Virus record (IMG/VR): IMGVR_UViG_3300022745_000002
Span: 1-62,304 of that record
Source of the DNA: a virus
Length of the DNA: 62,304 nt
Strand: one strand, 5' to 3'
Shown here one piece after another: positions 7,701 through 15,363 of this stretch (position 1 is its first letter; every line of letters starts with the position of its first letter). Made by a program: the position numbers and the translations under genes. The notes beneath the pieces were generated by a model. The model made no database searches. It was given only the letters and a program-made list of their open reading frames with translations, and was not told the DNA's origin.

Positions 7701-9016
7701 AACCGGCCAACTACCAGATCGATGCGAGCGGCTTCATGTTCGAGCGCAACGCCTCGATGATGTTCGCCCGCATGGGCACCGGCAAGACACTGACCTACCT
7801 GATGACGTTGCAGGATCTCATCGAGGCCAAAGTGATCAAGCGCGCCATGATCGTGCCGCCGCTGCGCGTCGCCAACAATGTCTGGCGGCAGGAATGCGCG
7901 AAGTGGGAGATCCCGCTCACCATGTCGCTCTGCACGGGCGAGATGACGAAGAACCGACAACGCGCCGCCGTCGAGGCCGACACCAACTGCCTCATCGCGA
8001 ACTACGACATCATGGAGAAACTCCTTGAAGACGACACCCATGGCTGCGATGCGCTCGTCTTCGACGAACTCAGCAAGCTACGAAACCCTACGGGAAAGCG
8101 ACAGAAGGCGGCGCGCCGAGGAAAGTTCATCTGGCGTTCGGGCGGCACAGGTACTCCTGCACCGAACGGGCTCGGCAGCATATACGGAATGGCTCACGCC
8201 GTTGGGCTTGGACATCTTGTCGGGAGAAATCACGACAAGTGGCTGCGACAGTACTTCTATCCGACTGACTACGAGCAGCGGAACTGGGCGCCCTTCGGCG
8301 ACACGGAAGAAAAACTCGCGGCGCTGATCAAGCCCTACACCTACGTGCTCGAGGGCGACGCCGTCGAGTTGCCGCCGATCGTGCGGCCGCCGATGGAAAT
8401 CGAGCTGCCGCGATCGCTGCGCCGGATCTACGACGAGATGCGCGCCACGAGCCTGCTCAGCGACGAGGAGCTGGTGGTCGCGGGCTCGGCCGCCGTGCTG
8501 CGCGGCAAGCTGCGCCAGATCGCGTCGGGCTTCGTCTACCGCAGCGACCACACGGCGGCGAACTTCGATCCATACCGTCTCGAGATCCTGAAGGACATCG
8601 TCGATGAGATGCAGGGCGAGCCGATCATCATCGCGTACGAATTCATCGAGCAGCTCGCCATGATGCAGCGCACGTGGCCGGGCCTGCGATACATCGGGGG
8701 AGGATCCAGAGATGATGAAAGAACTATTGATGACTGGAACGCGGGTCGAGTGCCAGTGCTCGGCCTGCATCCAGCTTCAGCAGGACATGGACTTAATCTG
8801 CAAGCTGGCGGAAACACCGTTGCGTGGTGGCAGCTTCCCGACGACTTGGAGCTCTACGATCAGCTCATTGGCCGATTGGTACGAAGAGGGCAGGCTGGTG
8901 CTGCCGTCTACTCCTACGAGCCGATTGCACTAGATACGGTCGACGTCGCCGTGCGCCGCCGGGCGCATGACAAGACCCGCGTGCAGGACGGGCTCTGGGC
9001 GGCACTTAGGCGCTAG
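7697..9016 (+). CDS. SNF2/DEAD-like helicase
   Basis: Motif I MGTGKTL, motif II VFDELSKL, and C-terminal HGLNLQAGGN...QLIGRLVRRGQ. Confidence 0.9.
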   Translation: MKPANYQIDASGFMFERNASMMFARMGTGKTLTYLMTLQDLIEAKVIKRAMIVPPLRVANNVWRQECAKWEIPLTMSLCTGEMTKNRQRAAVEADTNCLIANYDIMEKLLEDDTHGCDALVFDELSKLRNPTGKRQKAARRGKFIWRSGGTGTPAPNGLGSIYGMAHAVGLGHLVGRNHDKWLRQYFYPTDYEQRNWAPFGDTEEKLAALIKPYTYVLEGDAVELPPIVRPPMEIELPRSLRRIYDEMRATSLLSDEELVVAGSAAVLRGKLRQIASGFVYRSDHTAANFDPYRLEILKDIVDEMQGEPIIIAYEFIEQLAMMQRTWPGLRYIGGGSRDDERTIDDWNAGRVPVLGLHPASAGHGLNLQAGGNTVAWWQLPDDLELYDQLIGRLVRRGQAGAAVYSYEPIALDTVDVAVRRRAHDKTRVQDGLWAALRR

Positions 9017-9054
9017 AACGCAATAAAATTACCCGGATTTTTCCACAAGCCGGG

Positions 9055-9083
9055 TTGACTTAGGTGGGCCACTAACTCATAAA
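9055..9083 (+). promoter_or_regulatory. Early promoter cassette A (TTGACT-N17-CATAAA with a conserved spacer)
   Basis: TTGACTTAGGTGGGCCACTAACTCATAAA. Four near-identical copies exist in the window. Confidence 0.6.
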
Positions 9084-9124
9084 GCTCCTGCGACAACATC
9101 GTCGCTGATTGAAGGAGCTTCCCA

Positions 9125-9325
9125 ATGGCTATCAAGGCAAAGAAACAACCCGCCAAGTACGCGGTCGGCGACAAGGTCCGTATCCTCCACGCGGGCGGCA
9201 AGACCGTCTCGGACACCGTGTGGGAGATCACCGACCTGTTCGGCGGCTTCCGCTGCCTCATCAAGGAGGCGGGCACCGACTACGCTGAACAGGCCTTCGA
9301 CACCTCCATGATCCGGCCTGCGTAG
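9125..9325 (+). CDS. Hypothetical early leader protein (66 aa)
   Basis: Preceded by GGAGCTTCCCAATG and followed directly by the conserved hairpin element. Confidence 0.6.
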   Translation: MAIKAKKQPAKYAVGDKVRILHAGGKTVSDTVWEITDLFGGFRCLIKEAGTDYAEQAFDTSMIRPA

Positions 9326-9326
9326 C

Positions 9327-9387
9327 GGATCCTGCTGACTGGTGCCCTGTTCGCGGGGCGCCAGACACCAGCACCCGCTAGACAACC
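9327..9387 (+). repeat. Conserved intergenic hairpin element, copy 1 of 3
   Basis: GGATCCTGCTGACTGGTGCCCTGTTCGCGGGGCGCCAGACACCAGCACCCGCTAGACAACC. 9-bp GC stem, no U-tract. Near-identical to 11974.. and 13787... Confidence 0.9.
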
Positions 9388-9401
9388 TGAAGGAGTTTCC
9401 C

Positions 9402-9734
9402 ATGCCGAAGTCAAAGCCTGTCTACTCGTTCGATCGCTGCGAGCGCTACCAGAACTTCCTCCAGCAGCTGCGTGACGCGGGCGTCGTCATCGAGACCGTC
9501 TGGCAGGCTCGCAAGAACGGCGCGCCGGTCAGCGCGATGCGCGAGCAGTACCCCGACATCGAGTGCATCATGTTCCGGGGCCCGCACGTCAAGGTGCCCA
9601 TGGCGATCGTGACGCTGCACACGGGCGCCGGGGCCCCGGCCGATCCGAGGGAGATCGGCTTCAACCTGTTCTTCATCTCGCCGAACAACGCGTACGACAA
9701 CGATCTCGATACGATCGTCGGCAAGAAGCAATAA
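9402..9734 (+). CDS. Hypothetical early protein (110 aa)
   Basis: Preceded by GGAGTTTCCCATG. Internal ATG of the 9342 track ORF. Confidence 0.65.
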   Translation: MPKSKPVYSFDRCERYQNFLQQLRDAGVVIETVWQARKNGAPVSAMREQYPDIECIMFRGPHVKVPMAIVTLHTGAGAPADPREIGFNLFFISPNNAYDNDLDTIVGKKQ

Positions 9735-9753
9735 AATAATCCACAGGAAGGTG

Positions 9754-9782
9754 TTGACTTAGGTGGGACACTAACTCATAAC
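9754..9782 (+). promoter_or_regulatory. Early promoter cassette B
   Basis: TTGACTTAGGTGGGACACTAACTCATAAC, with AAAATAATCCACAG 7 nt upstream. Confidence 0.6.
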
Positions 9783-9812
9783 CGCCTTGTCAACACCTCA
9801 CAGGAGCTTCCC

Positions 9813-10289
9813 ATGCCGAACAAGTTCACCGCCATCGACCCGCAGGGTACCGTCCACAAGCGTACCAGCCAGAACCGCAGCTACGCCTTCACCGTCGTCG
9901 TCCTGTCGGGCGCCGCGATGCTGGAACGGGCTCGCCCCGACGCGGCCAAGATCAAGCAGCAGAATGACGCGAGCTGGGATCGCATCGAGAACGAGGCCAA
10001 GGGCATCTTCCCGAAGAGCGAGCAGTGGCGCGGCGAGAAGGCACTTGCGGGCTGGCAGGCCTTTTCCATCGAATGGATGCAGACGCACACGCGCGAGGGC
10101 GAGCTGGCCGAGGCGATTGCAAACGCCGAAAAGCGGTACGCTGCCCGCGTCGCGGGTGGCGCAGATCTCCGGTATCATAACGTGGGCTGGTGCTCGCGCC
10201 GCGATCTCGCCGAGAAGCTCGCCAACACCTATCGCGTCCACAACCACGAAGACGTGCGGATCCTTGAGGCCGTCAAGGTGGGAGGCTGA
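9813..10289 (+). CDS. Hypothetical early protein (158 aa)
   Basis: Preceded by GGAGCTTCCCATG. Non-biased composition. Confidence 0.7.
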   Translation: MPNKFTAIDPQGTVHKRTSQNRSYAFTVVVLSGAAMLERARPDAAKIKQQNDASWDRIENEAKGIFPKSEQWRGEKALAGWQAFSIEWMQTHTREGELAEAIANAEKRYAARVAGGADLRYHNVGWCSRRDLAEKLANTYRVHNHEDVRILEAVKVGG

Positions 10290-10290
10290 G

Positions 10291-10527
10291 ATGCCCCGCA
10301 CTGCCCCCGCCAAGGTGAACAAGGCCCTCAAGGCGGCCGGTCTCGAGGTCGAGATCGTCCGGGGCAACGGCTACTACTACTTCGTCGGCCTGCCCGGCAC
10401 GCCCTACGCGGGCGACGAGATCAGGTCTATCTACGCCAACAGCCTGCTCGGCTACTCGACCGAAGAAGTCGTTCGGCACGTCCGCGACGAGCTCGCCCGC
10501 ATCAACGCCAAGTGCTGGAATTTTTGA
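10291..10527 (+). CDS. Hypothetical early protein (78 aa)
   Basis: ATG 1 nt after the preceding stop. Tail of the 9787 track ORF. Confidence 0.6.
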   Translation: MPRTAPAKVNKALKAAGLEVEIVRGNGYYYFVGLPGTPYAGDEIRSIYANSLLGYSTEEVVRHVRDELARINAKCWNF

Positions 10528-10528
10528 C

Positions 10529-10738
10529 ATGACCGCTACCACCGATTTCGGCGTCGACATCCTTTACCCCGAACGGCGCCGCGTGCCCTGCACGGTGATC
10601 AAGAGCTGGTACGCCGACGCGATCGCCAACAAGGAGATCGTGCACGAGGATGGCGTCCCGCATACCAACTGGCTGCACATGGCGCAGGCCCTGCACGACG
10701 AAGGCCTGATCACGCTCAAGGGTGGGAGGCTCGCATGA
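10529..10738 (+). CDS. Hypothetical early protein (69 aa)
   Basis: Tightly packed in the operon. Confidence 0.55.
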   Translation: MTATTDFGVDILYPERRRVPCTVIKSWYADAIANKEIVHEDGVPHTNWLHMAQALHDEGLITLKGGRLA

Positions 10739-10926
10739 GCTACTACTTCGCCCGCCTCAACCGGAACCACGACGGCGAGATCCAGCCGGGCGTCAGGGTC
10801 ATGAAGGCTCTGGCGACCGAGATCGCGGGGCCGCCCACGCGGTACGCGGAAGAAGTGTCCCGTCACGCCGACCTCCCGGCCGCCATGACCGAGGTCCGGC
10901 GCCTCAACGAACAGGAGATGTCATGA
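10735..10926 (+). CDS. Hypothetical early protein (63 aa)
   Basis: ATGA start/stop overlap with the preceding gene. Confidence 0.5.
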   Translation: MSYYFARLNRNHDGEIQPGVRVMKALATEIAGPPTRYAEEVSRHADLPAAMTEVRRLNEQEMS

Positions 10927-11147
10927 AGATCTACCATCAGGGCGCCGCGATCCGGGGCGCCTGCCAGATCCCCTACAAGGGCTACGTGCTCAGCATCAGC
11001 AACAGCCTGCTCGACCATGGCGAGATCGCCGTGCTCGCGCCGGACGGTACCTACCCGATCGACGGGCTTCCCGGCACCGTCGAGGGGATCATGGAGGCCA
11101 AGCAGAAGATCGATCGCCTCGTGCGTCGCCGGGAGCGCGTGTCGTGA
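10923..11147 (+). CDS. Hypothetical early protein (74 aa)
   Basis: ATGA overlap. Tail of the 10722 track ORF. Confidence 0.55.
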   Translation: MKIYHQGAAIRGACQIPYKGYVLSISNSLLDHGEIAVLAPDGTYPIDGLPGTVEGIMEAKQKIDRLVRRRERVS

Positions 11148-11503
11148 GCACCGTCTTCTTCGCCATTCGCCAGATCTCAACCGGGCACTTCATGCCGAGC
11201 TACAGCTCGCGCAAGGGCCGGGGTGGCTACACGCACGACGAGCCGCAGCCGCTGGCCAAGGTGCCGCCGCGCCTGTTCACCAAGCGCCACGTCGCCCAGC
11301 GCGTGTTGAACTACTGGCTGAAGGGCAGCATCACGCAGCACTTCAGCCGCGTGCACACGCTCGAGGGGCCGGACGATCACGAGTACCTGAACGTCACAAA
11401 AATCCCGCATCGCCGGGCCGAAGACATGGAAGTCGTCGCGATCTTCTTGACCGCATGGCAGATGACGCCAAGCGGCTGCCTGTCATTCGAGGTGAAGACA
11501 TGA
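11144..11503 (+). CDS. Hypothetical early protein (119 aa)
   Basis: GTGA overlap with the preceding gene. Confidence 0.55.
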   Translation: MSTVFFAIRQISTGHFMPSYSSRKGRGGYTHDEPQPLAKVPPRLFTKRHVAQRVLNYWLKGSITQHFSRVHTLEGPDDHEYLNVTKIPHRRAEDMEVVAIFLTAWQMTPSGCLSFEVKT

Positions 11504-11667
11504 ACAAGCGTCAGCGCCGCCAACGTGAGCACTTGTCGCGGCTGTACCCGATCCCGGCGAAGTACGACATCAGGAAGCCCAGCCGCAGCAAGCGGGCCCG
11601 GGGCAAGATCCGCGCGGCCGTCCTCGGCGCCGGGCTGAACCACCGGGGCCGGAACCCCGAAAAATAA
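11500..11667 (+). CDS. Small basic hypothetical protein (55 aa)
   Basis: ATGA overlap. Ends in the AAATAA of the next promoter cassette. Arg/Lys-rich, so coding status is uncertain. Confidence 0.35.
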   Translation: MNKRQRRQREHLSRLYPIPAKYDIRKPSRSKRARGKIRAAVLGAGLNHRGRNPEK

Positions 11668-11681
11668 TCCACAGACCCTTA

Positions 11682-11710
11682 TTGACTTAGGTGGGCCGCT
11701 ACGGCAAAAC
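11682..11710 (+). promoter_or_regulatory. Early promoter cassette C
   Basis: TTGACTTAGGTGGGCCGCTACGGCAAAAC, with AAAATAATCCACAG upstream. Confidence 0.55.
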
Positions 11711-11749
11711 CCTCCTACGGCAATACCGCCGGACTTCAAGGAGCTTCCC

Positions 11750-11971
11750 ATGGCCGTCAAGTTCACCCCCGCCAACCTCCGCACCATCACCCAGCACGGC
11801 GAACTGGCCTGCCTCAAGGCGATCTACCGCAACCGGGTCATCGGCGAAGGCGGCAACACCATCGGCGGCGGCGACACCCGCCTCGGCGACAACCTCTGCA
11901 ACGCTGGCGAGAAGATCGTTGCCCGCGACGGCATCGTCCTCAAGGACCGAAAGGATCTCGACCGCTGGTAA
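11750..11971 (+). CDS. Hypothetical early leader protein (73 aa)
   Basis: Preceded by GGAGCTTCCCATG and followed by hairpin copy 2. Confidence 0.6.
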   Translation: MAVKFTPANLRTITQHGELACLKAIYRNRVIGEGGNTIGGGDTRLGDNLCNAGEKIVARDGIVLKDRKDLDRW

Positions 11972-11973
11972 GT

Positions 11974-12032
11974 GGATCCTGCTGACTGACGCCCTCACGG
12001 GGGCGCCAGACACCAGCACCCGCTGGACAACC
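11974..12032 (+). repeat. Conserved intergenic hairpin element, copy 2 of 3
   Basis: GGATCCTGCTGACTGACGCCCTCACGGGGGCGCCAGACACCAGCACCCGCTGGACAACC. Confidence 0.9.
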
Positions 12033-12050
12033 ACCACAGAGGAGTTTCCC

Positions 12051-12326
12051 ATGACCAACATCGTAGACCGTATCGGCGCCCTCAAGGCCCAGATCGCCCC
12101 GTTGGAAAAGCAGCTGAAGAAGCTGCAGGACGAGCTCAAGGCACGCGGCGCTGGCAACTACGAGGGCGTCATGTACGACGCCAACGTGTCGATCGGCACG
12201 CGCAGCCAGCTCGACATGGACGCTGTCCGTGCCAAGCTGACGCCCCAGTTCATGGTGGCACACACCACCGAAACCGAGGTCGTGACGCTTCGCATCACCG
12301 CCAAGAAGCTCGCGATCGCGGCCTGA
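12051..12326 (+). CDS. Hypothetical early protein with an N-terminal coiled coil (91 aa)
   Basis: Preceded by GGAGTTTCCCATG. Confidence 0.65.
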   Translation: MTNIVDRIGALKAQIAPLEKQLKKLQDELKARGAGNYEGVMYDANVSIGTRSQLDMDAVRAKLTPQFMVAHTTETEVVTLRITAKKLAIAA

Positions 12327-12329
12327 ACG

Positions 12330-12524
12330 ATGGAAGAGTTCAACAACAACAACAAAGTCATCCGTCTCCAGCAGTTGGAGACGGCCCTGCACGGCATGCT
12401 CAAGGGTGTTTTTGGTCGCGGTATTGAAGGCGGCCCACCCAAGACCTGCCCCGCTGATCGCGTGATCGCCAGCCTGCGGGCCGAGATCGAGCTGATCAAC
12501 TATTACTTCAACGAAATGAAGTGA
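12330..12524 (+). CDS. Hypothetical early protein (64 aa)
   Basis: Packed in the operon. Composition is not GC-artefact-like. Confidence 0.55.
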   Translation: MEEFNNNNKVIRLQQLETALHGMLKGVFGRGIEGGPPKTCPADRVIASLRAEIELINYYFNEMK

Positions 12525-12527
12525 CAC

Positions 12528-12716
12528 ATGGCCAAGAAGATCGAAATCGATCTGGCGCTGTTCTTCCAGATGCGCGACGCGCTCGTGACCGCCGACATGG
12601 TGCTGACCAAGCATCGCCTTGCGGGCACCGACCAAAACCCGCACGGCGTGCGGGATCTCGTGAGCTCGGCGGCATTTGCCGTCGAGCGCTTCAACATCGA
12701 ATGGGAGCCGACCTGA
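12528..12716 (+). CDS. Hypothetical early protein (62 aa)
   Basis: Packed in the operon. Confidence 0.55.
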   Translation: MAKKIEIDLALFFQMRDALVTADMVLTKHRLAGTDQNPHGVRDLVSSAAFAVERFNIEWEPT

Positions 12717-13225
12717 TGCGCCACCTCCTCGCCCTGATGGCCGCTACGGTTTCCGTAGCGGCCTGCGCGCCCAGCCCCGAGCGCCTCAACGAGGCACAGG
12801 GCGACCTGTTGCGCCGCGCCTATCACCTGCAGCCCGCTGCCATGACGGCCGCCTCCGACAGCGTCTACGCCGACCTGCGCGGCGGCTGGGGCGAACGCGG
12901 CGCACCTGCCCGCCCGCCGCTGCCCGGCGTCACGATCATCTACCTCGACCTCGATGCCGACACGTTCGAGATGGCCCGGACCGCGAACGCCAAGTGGATC
13001 TATGGCGGCGAACCGGTCCAGCCGAAGTCGATCACCAACGGCTTCGTGCTGAACGTCTACAACGTCTGCATCGTGTACCAAGTCCGCGTCGGCGACGTCG
13101 GCCGCAGGCATGACGGCCTGCCGCTGTTCATCGTGACGCCGCGCATCCATGCCGACGTGCGCGAGCACGAGACCCGGCACTGTCATGGCCAGAGCCACGA
13201 CGCCAACAACGTGTGGCTGCCATGA
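12716..13225 (+). CDS. Predicted lipoprotein with an HExxH motif
   Basis: MRHLLALMAATVSVAAC is a signal peptide plus lipobox (VAAC). REHETRHCHGQSHD near the C-terminus contains H-E-x-x-H. Confidence 0.7.
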   Translation: MRHLLALMAATVSVAACAPSPERLNEAQGDLLRRAYHLQPAAMTAASDSVYADLRGGWGERGAPARPPLPGVTIIYLDLDADTFEMARTANAKWIYGGEPVQPKSITNGFVLNVYNVCIVYQVRVGDVGRRHDGLPLFIVTPRIHADVREHETRHCHGQSHDANNVWLP

Positions 13226-13563
13226 AGGAAATTTTCGTCATCCACCTCGCCGTCGTGGTCAAACAGGACGGGCCGATGCACTTCGCGGAGAACGTGTCCT
13301 TCGCCTCGGAAAGCCGCGAGGAGCTCGAGGCGCTGGCAGTGCGCGTCAACGAGCTGAACGACACGTACGGCCAGCTCTTCGACGGTTTCGAGCCCATTAC
13401 CCTGCTCGGCACGCCGCTTGCGCAGAACGGCACGGTCGACGAGATGGCGATCCACCTCGAAGACATCATCAAGAACGGCGAGACGCGCTTTGCCGAGCAG
13501 ACGGGACAACAGATCCCCGACACGGCGAGCGAGCTCGAGCGCATTCGTCGGGGTGGAAAATAA
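13222..13563 (+). CDS. Hypothetical early protein (113 aa)
   Basis: ATGA overlap with the lipoprotein gene. Acidic, balanced composition. Confidence 0.65.
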   Translation: MKEIFVIHLAVVVKQDGPMHFAENVSFASESREELEALAVRVNELNDTYGQLFDGFEPITLLGTPLAQNGTVDEMAIHLEDIIKNGETRFAEQTGQQIPDTASELERIRRGGK

Positions 13564-13585
13564 TCCACAGAAACCCCTTGCGGGC

Positions 13586-13614
13586 CTGAGTTAGGTGTGT
13601 CACTAACGCCTTGC
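13586..13614 (+). promoter_or_regulatory. Variant promoter cassette D (box TTAGGTGTGTCACTAAC, weak -35)
   Basis: AAAATAATCCACAG upstream and GGAGCTTCCCATG downstream. The -35 and -10 hexamers are poor. Confidence 0.35.
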
Positions 13615-13647
13615 GGCAATCCTGCCGCGCACCACTAGGAGCTTCCC

Positions 13648-13785
13648 ATGATCGTTCTTCGCTACACCATCAACGGAGCCAAGTTTCGCCGTCGCTACCC
13701 GGCATCCGAATGGCTGCTCGCCCACACCCGCGCGGCGGTCCTGCGCGATAACGGCGTCACGGTGACGATCACCGAGACCGAGTAA
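13648..13785 (+). CDS. Hypothetical early leader protein (45 aa, not in the ORF track)
   Basis: GGAGCTTCCCATG start context. Stop lies 1 nt before hairpin copy 3. Same layout as the 9125 and 11750 leader ORFs. Confidence 0.5.
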   Translation: MIVLRYTINGAKFRRRYPASEWLLAHTRAAVLRDNGVTVTITETE

Positions 13786-13786
13786 C

Positions 13787-13845
13787 GGATCCTGCTGACT
13801 GGCGCCCTGTTCGCGGGGCGCCAGACACCAGCACCCGCTGGAACC
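13787..13845 (+). repeat. Conserved intergenic hairpin element, copy 3 of 3
   Basis: GGATCCTGCTGACTGGCGCCCTGTTCGCGGGGCGCCAGACACCAGCACCCGCTGGAACC. Confidence 0.9.
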
Positions 13846-13871
13846 TGACAACCACCACTAGGAGCTTCTCA

Positions 13872-14666
13872 ATGTCCATCCTCGATACCGTTCTCTCCGA
13901 CGACCAGATCCGCCGCCTCGCCCCGTCGGTGTTCGCCGACCATGCCAGCCCGGTCTGCAAGGAAACCTACAGCTACCTGCCGACCTACCCGATCATCGAG
14001 CACCTGCGCGATCGCGGGATGGTCGTGACGCAGGTCCGCGAGGGCAAGAAGCGCGCGGCCAGCGGCCAGCTCTACGCCATGCACGAGGTGCGCATGCGCA
14101 AGGCCGACGACGTCTACGGCCGCCAGACCGGCGACCTCGGCGGCGTCACGCCCCAGATCGTGCTGCTGAACAGCCACGACAAGTCGACCTCGGCCACGGC
14201 ACTGGCGGGCATGCTGCGCTCGCTCTGCCACAACGGCATGTACTGGGCCGACCACTCGTTCGGCTTCAAGGCCGTGCACTACAAGATGGGCATGGAGCAG
14301 GTGCTCGACGGCATCGCCGCCGTGTCTGACCGCTTCGGCGAGATGATCGACAACGTCGAGCGCTGGAGCAAGATCCAGCTCACCAACGCCCAGCGCCTGC
14401 AGTTCGCCGAGCGTGCGCTCGAGCTCCGGGGCACCGCGCTCGCGGTCGATCCCGCCAATCTGCTGGTGGCGCCGCGCGAGGCCGATGTCGGCATGGATCT
14501 CTGGAAGACCTACAACGTGGTGCAGGAGAACCTGACCCACGGCGGCATCGCTGCCCAGAACAAGATGGGCAAGTGGCGCTCGCTGCGCCCGATCAAGGCG
14601 CTGAAGGTCGACAGCGACTTCAACCGCAAGCTCTGGGGCGTCGCCAACGAGCTGGTCGTCGCCTGA
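13872..14666 (+). CDS. DUF932-family protein (phage/plasmid-associated)
   Basis: LLNSHDKSTSA...LRSLCHNGM resembles the NSHDGSSA...R.vC.NG signature of DUF932. Confidence 0.8.
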   Translation: MSILDTVLSDDQIRRLAPSVFADHASPVCKETYSYLPTYPIIEHLRDRGMVVTQVREGKKRAASGQLYAMHEVRMRKADDVYGRQTGDLGGVTPQIVLLNSHDKSTSATALAGMLRSLCHNGMYWADHSFGFKAVHYKMGMEQVLDGIAAVSDRFGEMIDNVERWSKIQLTNAQRLQFAERALELRGTALAVDPANLLVAPREADVGMDLWKTYNVVQENLTHGGIAAQNKMGKWRSLRPIKALKVDSDFNRKLWGVANELVVA

Positions 14667-14676
14667 TCGTCACCGG

Positions 14677-14711
14677 CCGGGCTGCCGCGAGGTAGCCCGG
14701 TCTTCTTCCTT
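14677..14711 (+). terminator. Intrinsic-terminator-like hairpin
   Basis: CCGGGCT-10 nt-AGCCCGG followed by TCTTCTTCCTT. Confidence 0.5.
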
Positions 14712-14728
14712 CGACTGAGGAGAATTGA

Positions 14729-15019
14729 ATGTACGTGATCGAGCAAAAACTGATCGGAACGGGCGCGCAACTTATCGCGTTGCCACTGGGCTCGACGCTG
14801 GTCGGCGCTCATGGCAATGGCCGTGACATCGTCGTGGTCTACCGGCGCCCGGCCGGTATCGCGCCGACGTACGAACATCATCGCGTGCTGGCGGTGCCTT
14901 GCGGGGAGACCTTCGACACGGCCCCCGACGAGCCGTTCAGGCTGCTCGGCATCGATCATTTCATTCGGGCCGACGGCGAGCCGGTTTACGTATTCGAGAT
15001 TGGCGCGCCGCAAGGCTGA
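14729..15019 (+). CDS. Hypothetical protein (96 aa)
   Basis: GAGGAG ribosome-binding site 7 nt upstream. Confidence 0.6.
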   Translation: MYVIEQKLIGTGAQLIALPLGSTLVGAHGNGRDIVVVYRRPAGIAPTYEHHRVLAVPCGETFDTAPDEPFRLLGIDHFIRADGEPVYVFEIGAPQG

Positions 15020-15090
15020 CGCCGAGAGACGCTGGTCGTCGGTGCCGGGAAGCTCCCGCGATCGGCGTCTCGAATTTTTGGGAAACTTAA

Positions 15091-15363
15091 ATGTCTACAC
15101 GTAATGATCCCGTCGAAATTTTGGTAGCCGCAGCACTGAGCGCGCGCGGCTTTACTTTTGATCGCGAAATAGTCGCGCCGAACGGTTGTCGCCCTGATTT
15201 CTACGTGCGTGAATTGGATCTCTTCATAGAGGTCAAACAATTCAGCACTCCGCGAACGGCAGCCCAGATACACTCACTCACTAACATAGTAGTCGTGCAG
15301 GGTATGCCCGCAGCCAGAGCTTTCGACATGCTTCTCAACGCGACTGTGCGGCGCGCCGTATGA
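15091..15363 (+). CDS. Small PD-(D/E)XK-like nuclease-fold protein in an AT-richer segment
   Basis: RPDFYVRELDLFIEVKQ gives D...(D/E)-x-K spacing. Local GC is visibly lower than the flanks. Confidence 0.55.
   Translation: MSTRNDPVEILVAAALSARGFTFDREIVAPNGCRPDFYVRELDLFIEVKQFSTPRTAAQIHSLTNIVVVQGMPAARAFDMLLNATVRRAV

Noticed and set aside
9327-13845. Possible CRISPR array, suggested by three near-identical ~55-nt repeats
   Set aside because: The repeats are 2.6 and 1.8 kb apart with protein-coding genes between them, not 25-50-nt spacers. There are no cas genes. They are better explained as a regulatory RNA element.
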